DNA of 64,000 bases, taken from positions 69,840 to 133,839 of IMG/VR virus record IMGVR_UViG_3300025133_007837. One strand, written 5' to 3'. The stretch is from a virus. A program made the position numbers and the translations under genes. A model generated the notes under the pieces. The model was not told the DNA's origin. It worked only from the letters and a program-made list of their open reading frames with translations, and did not search any database. Of the stretch, positions 25,794 through 34,179 are shown one piece after another (within the stretch, counting starts at the first letter, position 1; every line of letters starts with the position of its first letter).

Positions 25794-26099
25794 TCATCTC
25801 CTATCTCGTGGGTTACTTGGAGGCTCGGGTACTCCCTTGCTTATGGATCTAGGAGGTGGGGGAGCTGGGTTGCGAGTAGGAGTAACGACTCTACTGGCGG
25901 GTCGACCACTTCTTCTACTGCTATGGCGATGATGATCGTGATGATAGTCATGATGATAATCATGATGTAGGTACGATGTCCCGAAATAATAACCCGGACG
26001 AGGGTTATAGTGCTCCCTAACATATACTGTGTCAGGGCTATAGCACCCTGCACAAGTAACTACGCCTAATATTATTATTTTTTTAAAGATCGTTATCAT
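25794..26099 (-). CDS. putative lipoprotein with His-rich and Pro/Arg-rich tail
   Basis: Lipobox-like CAGC; HHDYHHDYHHDHHRH. Confidence 0.6.
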   Translation of the reverse strand: MITIFKKIIILGVVTCAGCYSPDTVYVREHYNPRPGYYFGTSYLHHDYHHDYHHDHHRHSSRRSGRPASRVVTPTRNPAPPPPRSISKGVPEPPSNPRDRR

Positions 26100-26211
26100 A
26101 TGTTTTACTCAGCACATGATTTTCCTAAAAAGGTTATAGCTAGTGCTATAACTATAACCAATGAAAAGTAGAGATCGTAACCCGGAAAAAGATATAGATT
26201 TAAGGGTTTAA

Positions 26212-26439
26212 TCAATTTTTTCTTTTTATTTTTTTTACCAGCCATTTAAATCCAAACACAATGAGGTCTCGAAGTATAAAAGGCGATAGAGCTACCCACC
26301 CTACAATCACAAACGCTCTTTCTCCTATTGGGTTTTTCATTTTTCTAGTATTTTTATTTATTAGCTTATCAATATTTTTTAAAGCTTCCTTATCTGCGCT
26401 CCATCTTTCCTCTTTCCATGAAATAACAGTTATCTTCAT
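26212..26439 (-). CDS. hypothetical membrane protein
   Basis: Coupled ORF with a hydrophobic segment. Confidence 0.55.
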   Translation of the reverse strand: MKITVISWKEERWSADKEALKNIDKLINKNTRKMKNPIGERAFVIVGWVALSPFILRDLIVFGFKWLVKKIKRKN

Positions 26440-26651
26440 CTTATCCCCGAGCCAATTCTGACAATAGGAATATTCAACGCGAGGTTTGTTGAACCTTCCA
26501 CTTGTCCCAGCTCCACAGGGAAATCTTGCATAATCCTCTCGTTGTCAGGCTTTTTTTTCTCGGTTAGCGAATAAGCGCCCGAAAGAGACCCCATAAGTAC
26601 TCCGATTACAAAAACAACAACTACCTTAAGAAGATCGTCACTCGTAATCAT
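26436..26651 (-). CDS. hypothetical membrane protein
   Basis: ATGA coupling; N-terminal TM segment. Confidence 0.6.
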   Translation of the reverse strand: MITSDDLLKVVVVFVIGVLMGSLSGAYSLTEKKKPDNERIMQDFPVELGQVEGSTNLALNIPIVRIGSGIR

Positions 26652-27169
26652 AGTTTTATCTCCTTTTTGAGTGGGATTAGTTTTTTAACAGGTTTGCTGG
26701 CGAACTTGACTACCTTTAGGGTTATTTCGCCGATGTTCTTTATAACACCAACAGTAAACATTATTGTTCCCTCAGCGCCTTCTGCTGCGGTTCCTGCAGC
26801 CATGGCCACGGGAGCCAGAATGGCCTCTGGATGCGTTTTTGCAGCCTTATAGGTATCTTTTAACCTTAGGACTGATATAACGTCTTTCATGGGTACTCTC
26901 TCGCCCGTAATGGCCGCATGCTTAAACTTCTTCCATTCAAAATGGATAAGAGAAGAGGTTACTTCTTCTGACCCTTGCATGTAATGGCGCATATAGTTTC
27001 TTTGAAACCAAGTCTTAGGTTTTGCCAGTTTGAATTTGGGTTCGTCAGGGTTAACCCAACTGCCGTTTTCGTGAATAACAGTTTTCCCCAAAAGCCTAAG
27101 CTCTTGGTTTTCCTCTGCGGTTAAGTTAATGGCGCAGACTAAAGCGGATATAATAATTAATTTTTTCAT
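26648..27169 (-). CDS. secreted hypothetical protein
   Basis: Signal peptide MKKLIIISALVCAINLTA. Confidence 0.7.
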   Translation of the reverse strand: MKKLIIISALVCAINLTAEENQELRLLGKTVIHENGSWVNPDEPKFKLAKPKTWFQRNYMRHYMQGSEEVTSSLIHFEWKKFKHAAITGERVPMKDVISVLRLKDTYKAAKTHPEAILAPVAMAAGTAAEGAEGTIMFTVGVIKNIGEITLKVVKFASKPVKKLIPLKKEIKL

Positions 27170-27327
27170 TGTTTAGCTATTTTTTCTTTCTTGGATAGTT
27201 AGTTTTTCTTTTTCATTCCCATACGCGCTATGTCGTGGGTTGCAGCAACATTGGCAACGGGGTTTGTTGTCTCTTGTTTTTTCAAGTTTGCCGGTTTTAT
27301 GATTTATGTGTTTTCTTATGGTTCTGC

Positions 27328-28866
27328 TCATTTGTGTTCTGCTTTCTTTGTTCCTCTCCAGTCGGGAAATTCCGTGCGTCCAAAATTGGAGCCATAAGCT
27401 GTGTGAAGGTGGACGGTAGATCCATGTTTTACAATAACTGGCCCCCAGTCTTCAAATTTTAGACCCGGAATATCCATTTCGCTTACATTCATATATACAC
27501 CATTAGAGATCAAAATATGATCATTATCTCCAGCGTCCATGCATCTTTGAGCCATGTTGATTCCGTGTCCACTAACATTGGGGTTATTATTTATGTCTTT
27601 TACTGGTACAACTGGGCCTGTGTAAAGTCCATTCCTTAAACCTATGTCCGCGCTCTTATAGCATTTTTTACCCACGTCAACAGCGCATTTAAACGCCGCA
27701 TGAACACTGTTAAAAAACACAAGAGCCATGCCATCCCCAGTAGGGAGAACAATCAGCTTCCCTTGTCTTTGGGCTTGCTGATAGCCTTGTGTTCCTTTAA
27801 CTATAGCTATGAGGTCGTCCATAACTTTCTTTTGCATTGCAGTGCTTTTTTTGGAGTACCCTACGATATCCATAAAATATGTATAGGACTCACACGGGCT
27901 GTCGTAAGTAATGGCGTCGCCTTTGCAGGCAAACGGGTCTTCTCCCCATTTCCATTTTATAACGCGGGATCTCTTTACCCTTTCTTCGTCTTCTTTGATT
28001 TTGTCGGAGGCTTCTTTTATGCGCGCGCTTCTTTCTTCGTGTTCTTGCTGTAGGGCGGTGTCCCGAGCTTCTCTGTCCGCTTTTGATTCGGTCATTTTAC
28101 CCCATAAGCTTTTTGGGGCTTCTTTAACCTCTTGAAACTTCATTGGCTTGTACTTTTTGGGGTCTTTAGCTGTACCGACTTTTGTAGTTGATACTGTCTT
28201 GTGCTGTTTTACTTTATTTCTATTTGGGTTTTTAAGACAGCCCTTAGTTTTTAGGTATTTTAAAAGATCCTCGTGGTTGTTGTCCAAGGCGATTTCGTAA
28301 GGGTTTAGTTGTCCGTCGTGGCAGGATCCGTTGGGGTTAGCTTTATACTCAAATAACAAATCGCACATCTCTTGATTATTTAATTCTACCGCATAATGTA
28401 TAGCCATCCACCCCCGACTATCTCTACCGTTTATCTTTATGGACTCGTCTTCCAGAAGAGTTTCTATTTCATCTATATCCTCCATTTGAATAGCTTGATG
28501 AAGCGTCATGTCGTTTCCATAAAATTTACCCCCTTTTGCTTTTAAGTTGTTTATTATTTTAAGACGACTAGGACCTTCGGCTACGTCCATAGGATATACG
28601 ACGGGGTCTTTAGCGTGCTCGTTTTTCTGGAGAGCAAGATTCCAGTCGCTTTGTTTTTCGTGCTGAGGGGGAGCACTTTTAATATTTGGAGATATACCAG
28701 CTTCTAAGATGACTTGCACGGCCTTGGCTTTGCTGCGATTGGAAGCGTGATGCAAAGGGCTCCATCCAAGGTCTTCATCTAGAGACAAAAATGCCTTCTT
28801 ATTTTTTAGGGCAGCTCTTATCCCCTTTATATTGCCGTTTTGAGCGAGTATGTGCAGTTCTCCCAT
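27328..28866 (-). CDS. ankyrin-repeat protein fused to a class III nucleotide cyclase domain
   Basis: Ank motifs GWSPLHHA, TLHQA, GWMAIHYA; cyclase motifs FMDIVGYS, TGDG, G.GINMAQR. Confidence 0.85.
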   Translation of the reverse strand: MGELHILAQNGNIKGIRAALKNKKAFLSLDEDLGWSPLHHASNRSKAKAVQVILEAGISPNIKSAPPQHEKQSDWNLALQKNEHAKDPVVYPMDVAEGPSRLKIINNLKAKGGKFYGNDMTLHQAIQMEDIDEIETLLEDESIKINGRDSRGWMAIHYAVELNNQEMCDLLFEYKANPNGSCHDGQLNPYEIALDNNHEDLLKYLKTKGCLKNPNRNKVKQHKTVSTTKVGTAKDPKKYKPMKFQEVKEAPKSLWGKMTESKADREARDTALQQEHEERSARIKEASDKIKEDEERVKRSRVIKWKWGEDPFACKGDAITYDSPCESYTYFMDIVGYSKKSTAMQKKVMDDLIAIVKGTQGYQQAQRQGKLIVLPTGDGMALVFFNSVHAAFKCAVDVGKKCYKSADIGLRNGLYTGPVVPVKDINNNPNVSGHGINMAQRCMDAGDNDHILISNGVYMNVSEMDIPGLKFEDWGPVIVKHGSTVHLHTAYGSNFGRTEFPDWRGTKKAEHK

Positions 28867-28882
28867 ACTCTATTGATTACAC

Positions 28883-29029
28883 TCAAGAATCTTCGCAATA
28901 AGCTAAGTTTTTTTCTATTTCTTCATGGCAATCACAACTACTTTCACAGTAGTCGTTGAGTTCTTCGTTTTGTTTTTGGCATTCTCCTTGACAGTTATCT
29001 TCGAAACAGTTTGGATTGACGCAATGCAT
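28883..29029 (-). CDS. small Cys-rich protein (CVNPNCFEDNCQGEC), not in the ORF track
   Basis: 48-aa ORF 9 nt after GTGTA; paralog of 17868-18026. Confidence 0.7.
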   Translation of the reverse strand: MHCVNPNCFEDNCQGECQKQNEELNDYCESSCDCHEEIEKNLAYCEDS

Positions 29030-29146
29030 AATAATTAATACACAACGTTCTAAAGTAGTTACGCAAATAATTCTGGAGACAGCTCTTTTGTCATCTTATG
29101 TACTTTTATAAGATAAAAGCTAACTGTCGAAATTAATCAACAGATT

Positions 29147-29668
29147 TTAAGCCGGAGCGCCAGCTGAACCGTCACTACCACCAGAGCCACTAGAGCTAGG
29201 GGCAGTATCAGGGCTCTGTGCTGGAGCTGGATCTGGGGCTGGAGAGCCTGACGAACCATCACTACCACTAGAGCTTGGCGTTGGTTCCGGGGAACCAGAC
29301 GAACCATCACTACCACTAGAGTTTGGCGTTGGTTCCGGGGAACCAGACGAACCATCACTACCACTAGAGTTTGGCGTTGGTTCCGGGGAACCAGACGAAC
29401 CATCACTACCACTAGAGTTTGGCGTTGGTTCCGGGGAACCAGACGAACCATCACTACCACTAGAGTTTGGCGTTGGTTCCGGGGAACCAGACGAACCATT
29501 GCTTCCATTAGAGCCCGGGGAACCGGATGAACCATTGCTACCGTCAGAGCCGTACGCTGTATAATTAGTTGTCATTTTTACTCTTTTGAACTCTCTAGCT
29601 ACGCCAGCAAAACCACACTTGGGGCATTGCCGCTTCCTGCTAAACAATCTTCTAAACATATTAAACAT
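29147..29668 (-). CDS. protein with N-terminal CxxC and Ser/Gly/Pro tandem repeats
   Basis: CPKC followed by about five SSGSDGSSGSPEPTPN units. Confidence 0.7.
   Translation of the reverse strand: MFNMFRRLFSRKRQCPKCGFAGVAREFKRVKMTTNYTAYGSDGSNGSSGSPGSNGSNGSSGSPEPTPNSSGSDGSSGSPEPTPNSSGSDGSSGSPEPTPNSSGSDGSSGSPEPTPNSSGSDGSSGSPEPTPSSSGSDGSSGSPAPDPAPAQSPDTAPSSSGSGGSDGSAGAPA
29249..29499. repeat. 48-bp tandem repeat, about 5 copies, within a CDS
   Basis: TTGGTTCCGG recurs at 29281, 29329, 29377, 29425 and 29473. Confidence 0.95.
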
Positions 29669-29728
29669 GCCTTCTATTTCTTATACGTTTTTTTGTTCAA
29701 AATGTAAAAAAATAAATATAACGACTCG

Positions 29729-29962
29729 ATGGCAAAAAAGGTTATTATCACTTGGGAAGCTTCTCACGAAGCGGTAGTTGGGTTGACATTTGACGAAGAT
29801 ATTGATGCAAATCAATTCGAAAATGATTTAAACCAAAATACAGAAGCCTCTGATCCTAATGGGGCATTAGCAAAAATAGAGCAAATGACCAAAGAAAATA
29901 AAATCGATTTTCAAAACATGACAAATGTTTTACTCAAAAATTTTAAAGTCAGAGAAATCTAA
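29729..29962 (+). CDS. hypothetical protein
   Basis: ORF. Confidence 0.65.
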   Translation: MAKKVIITWEASHEAVVGLTFDEDIDANQFENDLNQNTEASDPNGALAKIEQMTKENKIDFQNMTNVLLKNFKVREI

Positions 29963-29973
29963 AGCCCCCTTTT

Positions 29974-30228
29974 CTAGGGGCGGAAATGTTTTTCTAACTT
30001 CTCTTCCAATTTGTCAAATCTGGAATGAATAACGTCTATAGCTCTTGTTAAGTCACCTTTTGTGACATACTGCTTTGGCATTTCGACTGCCATTTGGGCG
30101 ACCTTGTCGGTCATCTCGTCATGCTTTTTCCAGAGGTTGTCTATGTTATGAAATAGTCTTTTCATAGTCCAACCAATAGAGAACGCAGCTATACCTAAAA
30201 TTATATCTATTGCATTATTAAATTCCAT
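29974..30228 (-). CDS. small membrane protein with coiled coil (holin-like)
   Basis: N-terminal TM segment; P..YV.K.D...RFDKLE.KL pattern. Confidence 0.6.
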   Translation of the reverse strand: MEFNNAIDIILGIAAFSIGWTMKRLFHNIDNLWKKHDEMTDKVAQMAVEMPKQYVTKGDLTRAIDVIHSRFDKLEEKLEKHFRP

Positions 30229-30256
30229 TTTTGACTTTATTTAAATACACTTTTTT

Positions 30257-30712
30257 TTATTTTTCTTCCCCTAGTTTCGGGATTTCTTTCATTTTGTCCC
30301 TTATGGCTCTTTGTTCGTCATAGCCTTGTTCTCCGCCTTTATGTAAGTAATGAAAGCCTCCGTTTAAAGGGAGCTTCTTTTCTATGACCAGCAGTTTTAG
30401 CCTGTCGTTTGGGACTATCATTTTAGTTCCGCGATCTGTCATGTAAAAAATTGTTTTCAAAAATCCGACACGAACTATACGCGCCTGCCTTCCAGAGATA
30501 TACAACACATCATCATTACAGAAGTCCTTACCAATACATATCAAAAACCCTTCCGCAGCTTTGTGAATCGCGTCTTTAAACAAGATACCCAAAAAAGCGA
30601 AAAGGAATAACCAGCCATACGAGCCCATTAATTGCTCTATGGCTTGTTGAAATTCAGGGCTATTGTGGGCCAGACCAAGGATTTTGTCTGTAGCCAAGTT
30701 TATATCGTCCAT
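30257..30712 (-). CDS. MscS middle-domain-like small membrane protein
   Basis: TM, FKD, DVLYISGRQARIVRVGF, IVPN; start revised to ATG 30712. Confidence 0.65.
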   Translation of the reverse strand: MDDINLATDKILGLAHNSPEFQQAIEQLMGSYGWLFLFAFLGILFKDAIHKAAEGFLICIGKDFCNDDVLYISGRQARIVRVGFLKTIFYMTDRGTKMIVPNDRLKLLVIEKKLPLNGGFHYLHKGGEQGYDEQRAIRDKMKEIPKLGEEK

Positions 30713-30764
30713 CTCTAAACAAATATACACCTCTAATTAAGAAATTGGTGTATATATATTGTAT

Positions 30765-31079
30765 ATGGAAGATCAAATCGCTAATGCCGGTCAAAATTTT
30801 ATCGGCGAACACGGTTGGTTGCTCATCGCGGGAGCGGCGGGTTTAATTTTCAAAGAGACTATAACTAGCTTCGCAGCTGCAGTATCAATGTCTCTTTTCG
30901 GAGGAATAAAGACTGACGATGTCTACAGTATGGGTGGACGAGCCTGCAGGGTAGTAAGAGTTGGAATAAGATCTACAACTTTCTATTTTGCAGACACTAA
31001 AACCCGAGTAGATATAGCAAATGAAGACATTAAAGGTCTAAGACTCGAAAAGAAGATAGCACCGATGGATACAGAATAA
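30765..31079 (+). CDS. MscS middle-domain-like small membrane protein (paralog)
   Basis: TM, FKE, DDVYSMGGRACRVVRVGIRST, IAN. Confidence 0.65.
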   Translation: MEDQIANAGQNFIGEHGWLLIAGAAGLIFKETITSFAAAVSMSLFGGIKTDDVYSMGGRACRVVRVGIRSTTFYFADTKTRVDIANEDIKGLRLEKKIAPMDTE

Positions 31080-31099
31080 GAGCGAAATAGTTATATATT

Positions 31100-31867
31100 A
31101 TGCCTAAAGTTAAACTCGACCAATTGGCCAGTTCTTTAGAAGATCTGGATAATCCACAGGGTAGGGCTTTGCAGCGAGAGCCTATTAGACACAGGGAAAA
31201 GTTTCATATAGAAGATTTCAAATGGACAAGAAAACAGAAAGATTTTATCAAGATAGCCTTAAGTAAGGAATCTAAGATACTTTTTGCCAAAGGTCCGGCG
31301 GGGTCTTCTAAAACTCTCCTTAGTGTTTATTGCGCTCTACATTTACTTAGCGAAGGAAAGGTTTCCGAAATAGTCTATATTAGATCTGCGGTGGAAAGCT
31401 CTGATTCTAGAATGGGGTTTTTACCGGGAGACGCTGATCAAAAGCTTCATTTTTATAACCTGCCTTTTTTACATAAAATGGAAGAGCTTATATGCCCTAA
31501 TGTAATAAAAAAACTACAAAAAGACGAAAGAGTATCAACTTATCCTGTTAATTTTTGTAGAGGTATGAGTTGGAATTCTAAGTGCCTAATATTTGACGAG
31601 TGCCAAAATAGTACCGTAAAGGAAATAGTGACTGTTTTAACTAGGTTGGGTATGGGTTCTAAATGCTTCGTATTAGCTGACCCTGCTCAAACAGATTTAA
31701 AAAATGGGGCCAGAGGGGGATTCGAAAGAATAGAAGGTCTTTTCACAGATAAAGAAAGTAAAAAGTTCGGCATAAATACTTTCCAATTCGACGAAACCGA
31801 TGTGGTTAGATCCGAGCTTGTTAGATTTTTGGTAACTAAATTTAAAGACTTGACTACTATTAGCTAG
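31100..31867 (+). CDS. phoH: PhoH family ATPase
   Basis: GPAGSSKT, GFLPGD, RG, DECQN, TRLG, D..QTDL, DVVRS. Confidence 0.93.
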   Translation: MPKVKLDQLASSLEDLDNPQGRALQREPIRHREKFHIEDFKWTRKQKDFIKIALSKESKILFAKGPAGSSKTLLSVYCALHLLSEGKVSEIVYIRSAVESSDSRMGFLPGDADQKLHFYNLPFLHKMEELICPNVIKKLQKDERVSTYPVNFCRGMSWNSKCLIFDECQNSTVKEIVTVLTRLGMGSKCFVLADPAQTDLKNGARGGFERIEGLFTDKESKKFGINTFQFDETDVVRSELVRFLVTKFKDLTTIS

Positions 31868-32166
31868 TCTTCTGGACTCTCGCACTGGACCGTCTGCCTC
31901 CACCCGTCTTTATGCAAGATGTTTGTTAGCGCACTGCAGAATCTTCTGACTTTTTTTTCAGGTACGTCCCAAAAGAAAGCGTGGAAAATTTCTTCGGTTA
32001 AGACTGCCATTTCTCGTTTAGGAGGGAGATCGGGGGAAATATGTATCTTAGGACCTTTATAATCTGGGGGGTCACATAGACCATCAGCGTTGTAGCTGTA
32101 ATGAGGTCTCTTCTTAAAGATCTTATACTTTATTCCATCGTTGTTAGTAAAAGTGTAATTAGCCAT
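31864..32166 (-). CDS. hypothetical metallopeptidase-like protein
   Basis: GLCD.P...I.I; EEIFHA (HExxH-like variant). Confidence 0.55.
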   Translation of the reverse strand: MANYTFTNNDGIKYKIFKKRPHYSYNADGLCDPPDYKGPKIHISPDLPPKREMAVLTEEIFHAFFWDVPEKKVRRFCSALTNILHKDGWRQTVQCESPED

Positions 32167-32228
32167 AACATTTTTATTGTGTAAAACGGTATCTAGTTGT
32201 AATAACTATTTGCTTAGTTATAAAAGAT

Positions 32229-32540
32229 ATGTCTAAGTTAAAAAAAGTTACTTATTGCCAGAGCTGCGGTCAATCTAACCCTTGGGTGATGCAGTCCAAG
32301 ACCTCCTTGCTGCAGAAGCCGAAATTTTGCTGTTCTTGCGGAACTGATTTAGTCACAGGACAAAAACCTGCTAAGGAAGTTGCTGCCAGAAAAACAGAGA
32401 TAGAAGAGGAGGATACTCCCATTCCTCTGAATATCCCGCCATTAGAGTTAGATATGGAAGCTTCTTATTTTCCGAAGAGAGACTCGCAAACCCTAGGTAG
32501 CTTAGTCGACCCTGCGAGGACAGGCGAAGAAGATACCTAA
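32229..32540 (+). CDS. zinc-ribbon protein
   Basis: YCQSCG...PKFCCSCG. Confidence 0.7.
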   Translation: MSKLKKVTYCQSCGQSNPWVMQSKTSLLQKPKFCCSCGTDLVTGQKPAKEVAARKTEIEEEDTPIPLNIPPLELDMEASYFPKRDSQTLGSLVDPARTGEEDT

Positions 32541-32545
32541 ACCAC

Positions 32546-33238
32546 ATGCCCAAAAAGAAGGCGAAAAAAATAGACTTTGAGGACTGTATAGATGTTATTG
32601 ACCAAGAGATTTCCAAAAGAAGAAATAAGTGGACTCTAACTTCTATAGCTTGGATGGATTTTGATGATATTTCTCAAATTCTAAAAATACACATTTTTAA
32701 AAAGTGGCATTTGTATGATTGTAGTAAGCCTTTAGCTCCTTGGCTCAACAGAATCATATCGAACCAACTAAAAAATTTAATTCGCAATAACTATAGTAAT
32801 TATTGCAAACCTTGTTTAAAGTGCGCTGCAGCGGAACCGGATTCTGCCTGCTCAATATATGGCAGTCAAGATGCCAGATGCCCCCTTTATAAAGCTTGGC
32901 TACGCAAAAAGAAGTCAGCTTATGATGTGAAGATGGCTCTGCCCTTAGAAAAACATAAAGAGAAGCTTAATGATGTTGAGGTTTCTCCTGCGGACATAGA
33001 GCTTGGTATTGTAAAATTAAATAAAAAACTTAAAGAGGTCTTAAAGCCTAACGAGTGGATAGTCTACGAAGGCTTTTATATAATGAATAAAACAGAGCAG
33101 GAAATTGCTGAAACTCTGAATTTCAAAACTACAGAAAAAAATAGAACTCCGGGATACAAACAAATAAAAAATATACAAAAGTCTATTTTAACCAAGGCTA
33201 GAAAAATTTTAAGTAAAAATGAGTTAGACTGGATATGA
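32546..33238 (+). CDS. phage RNA polymerase sigma factor (sigma70/ECF-like) with Cys-rich insert
   Basis: Region 2 DDISQ...KWHLYD...WLNRIISNQLKN; region 4 EQEIAETL. Confidence 0.75.
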   Translation: MPKKKAKKIDFEDCIDVIDQEISKRRNKWTLTSIAWMDFDDISQILKIHIFKKWHLYDCSKPLAPWLNRIISNQLKNLIRNNYSNYCKPCLKCAAAEPDSACSIYGSQDARCPLYKAWLRKKKSAYDVKMALPLEKHKEKLNDVEVSPADIELGIVKLNKKLKEVLKPNEWIVYEGFYIMNKTEQEIAETLNFKTTEKNRTPGYKQIKNIQKSILTKARKILSKNELDWI

Positions 33239-34179
33239 TTGATATTCCTGAATTAAAAAATACTGTTAAGATAAATAGCGAAGGCTGTGCGGAAAACTAT
33301 TCGCCGGAAGACGCAGAAAGGGTTGTGGACAGTATTATTAGTAGATCTCTAAGATATCCTACTACCTATAAGAGCATAACCGAAAAAAAACAAGAGGCAA
33401 AAGAGCTAAGGCAGAAAGGTTGGCTAAAGATAGAAGGGGCCTTAAAAAACAAGATAGATTTGATTGACACGATTAGCCGAAAACTTAATTACATATTAGA
33501 CGGAGGTGAAATAGAAGTTTATTCTGAGTTGGGCAGGCAATTTGGGGAGCGGAATGATAATATATTTAATCAGTCCGAAGCCAGAAATAATCAATTATTT
33601 TTATCTGTACCCGAGCCGCTTTATAATGTCCCTGAAATATCAGATATAATTTTTGATAAGACTTTAATTGGAGTCGCTAAATCTTTTTACGGGTGTATTC
33701 CTGCTATTGGCACTCTAAACCTCAGAAAAAGTTTCGCTAATAATCTAAACAGCGAAAATACGACTATGTATCACGTAGACCCGAACTCTCCTTATTTTTT
33801 TAAAGCTTTTGTCTATTTAAAAGATGTCGACAGTGTGGAGGATGGGCCTTTTACTTTTGTTGAGGGTAGTATAGATAATAAACCTGATAACTTACTACAA
33901 GAATATAGATGGCAAGACGATGAAATAGAAAATTTTTACGGCAAGGATAAAATAAAACATTTAACAGCGAAAAAGGGAGATGTTCTATTTGCCGTGACCT
34001 CTGGCTTCCATAAAGGCCAGAAGTGCGTTAGAAAAGATAGAGAGCTTCTAACCATAGATTATATGTGTCATCCTGACAGTTGGGATATGAAAAAATCTAT
34101 GTTCATTAAGAGAGATACCTTTTTAAACTTACAAAAAGAAGATATACCTTTAACAGACTTTTTAAAAATAAGAGTATGA
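33235..34179 (+). CDS. 2OG-Fe(II) dioxygenase (PhyH-like)
   Basis: YHVD (HxD), VYLKDV, GPF.FV.GS, KGDV, FHKG, R. Confidence 0.8.
   Translation: MIDIPELKNTVKINSEGCAENYSPEDAERVVDSIISRSLRYPTTYKSITEKKQEAKELRQKGWLKIEGALKNKIDLIDTISRKLNYILDGGEIEVYSELGRQFGERNDNIFNQSEARNNQLFLSVPEPLYNVPEISDIIFDKTLIGVAKSFYGCIPAIGTLNLRKSFANNLNSENTTMYHVDPNSPYFFKAFVYLKDVDSVEDGPFTFVEGSIDNKPDNLLQEYRWQDDEIENFYGKDKIKHLTAKKGDVLFAVTSGFHKGQKCVRKDRELLTIDYMCHPDSWDMKKSMFIKRDTFLNLQKEDIPLTDFLKIRV

Noticed and set aside
29249-29499. 48-bp repeats as a mini-CRISPR
   Set aside because: Head-to-tail tandem units with no unique spacers, in frame within a CDS.
29137-29535. ORF with VVVMVRLVPRNQRQTL repeats
   Set aside because: Alternative frame of the 48-bp repeat; the 29147-29668 frame has the better start context and a unique N-terminus.
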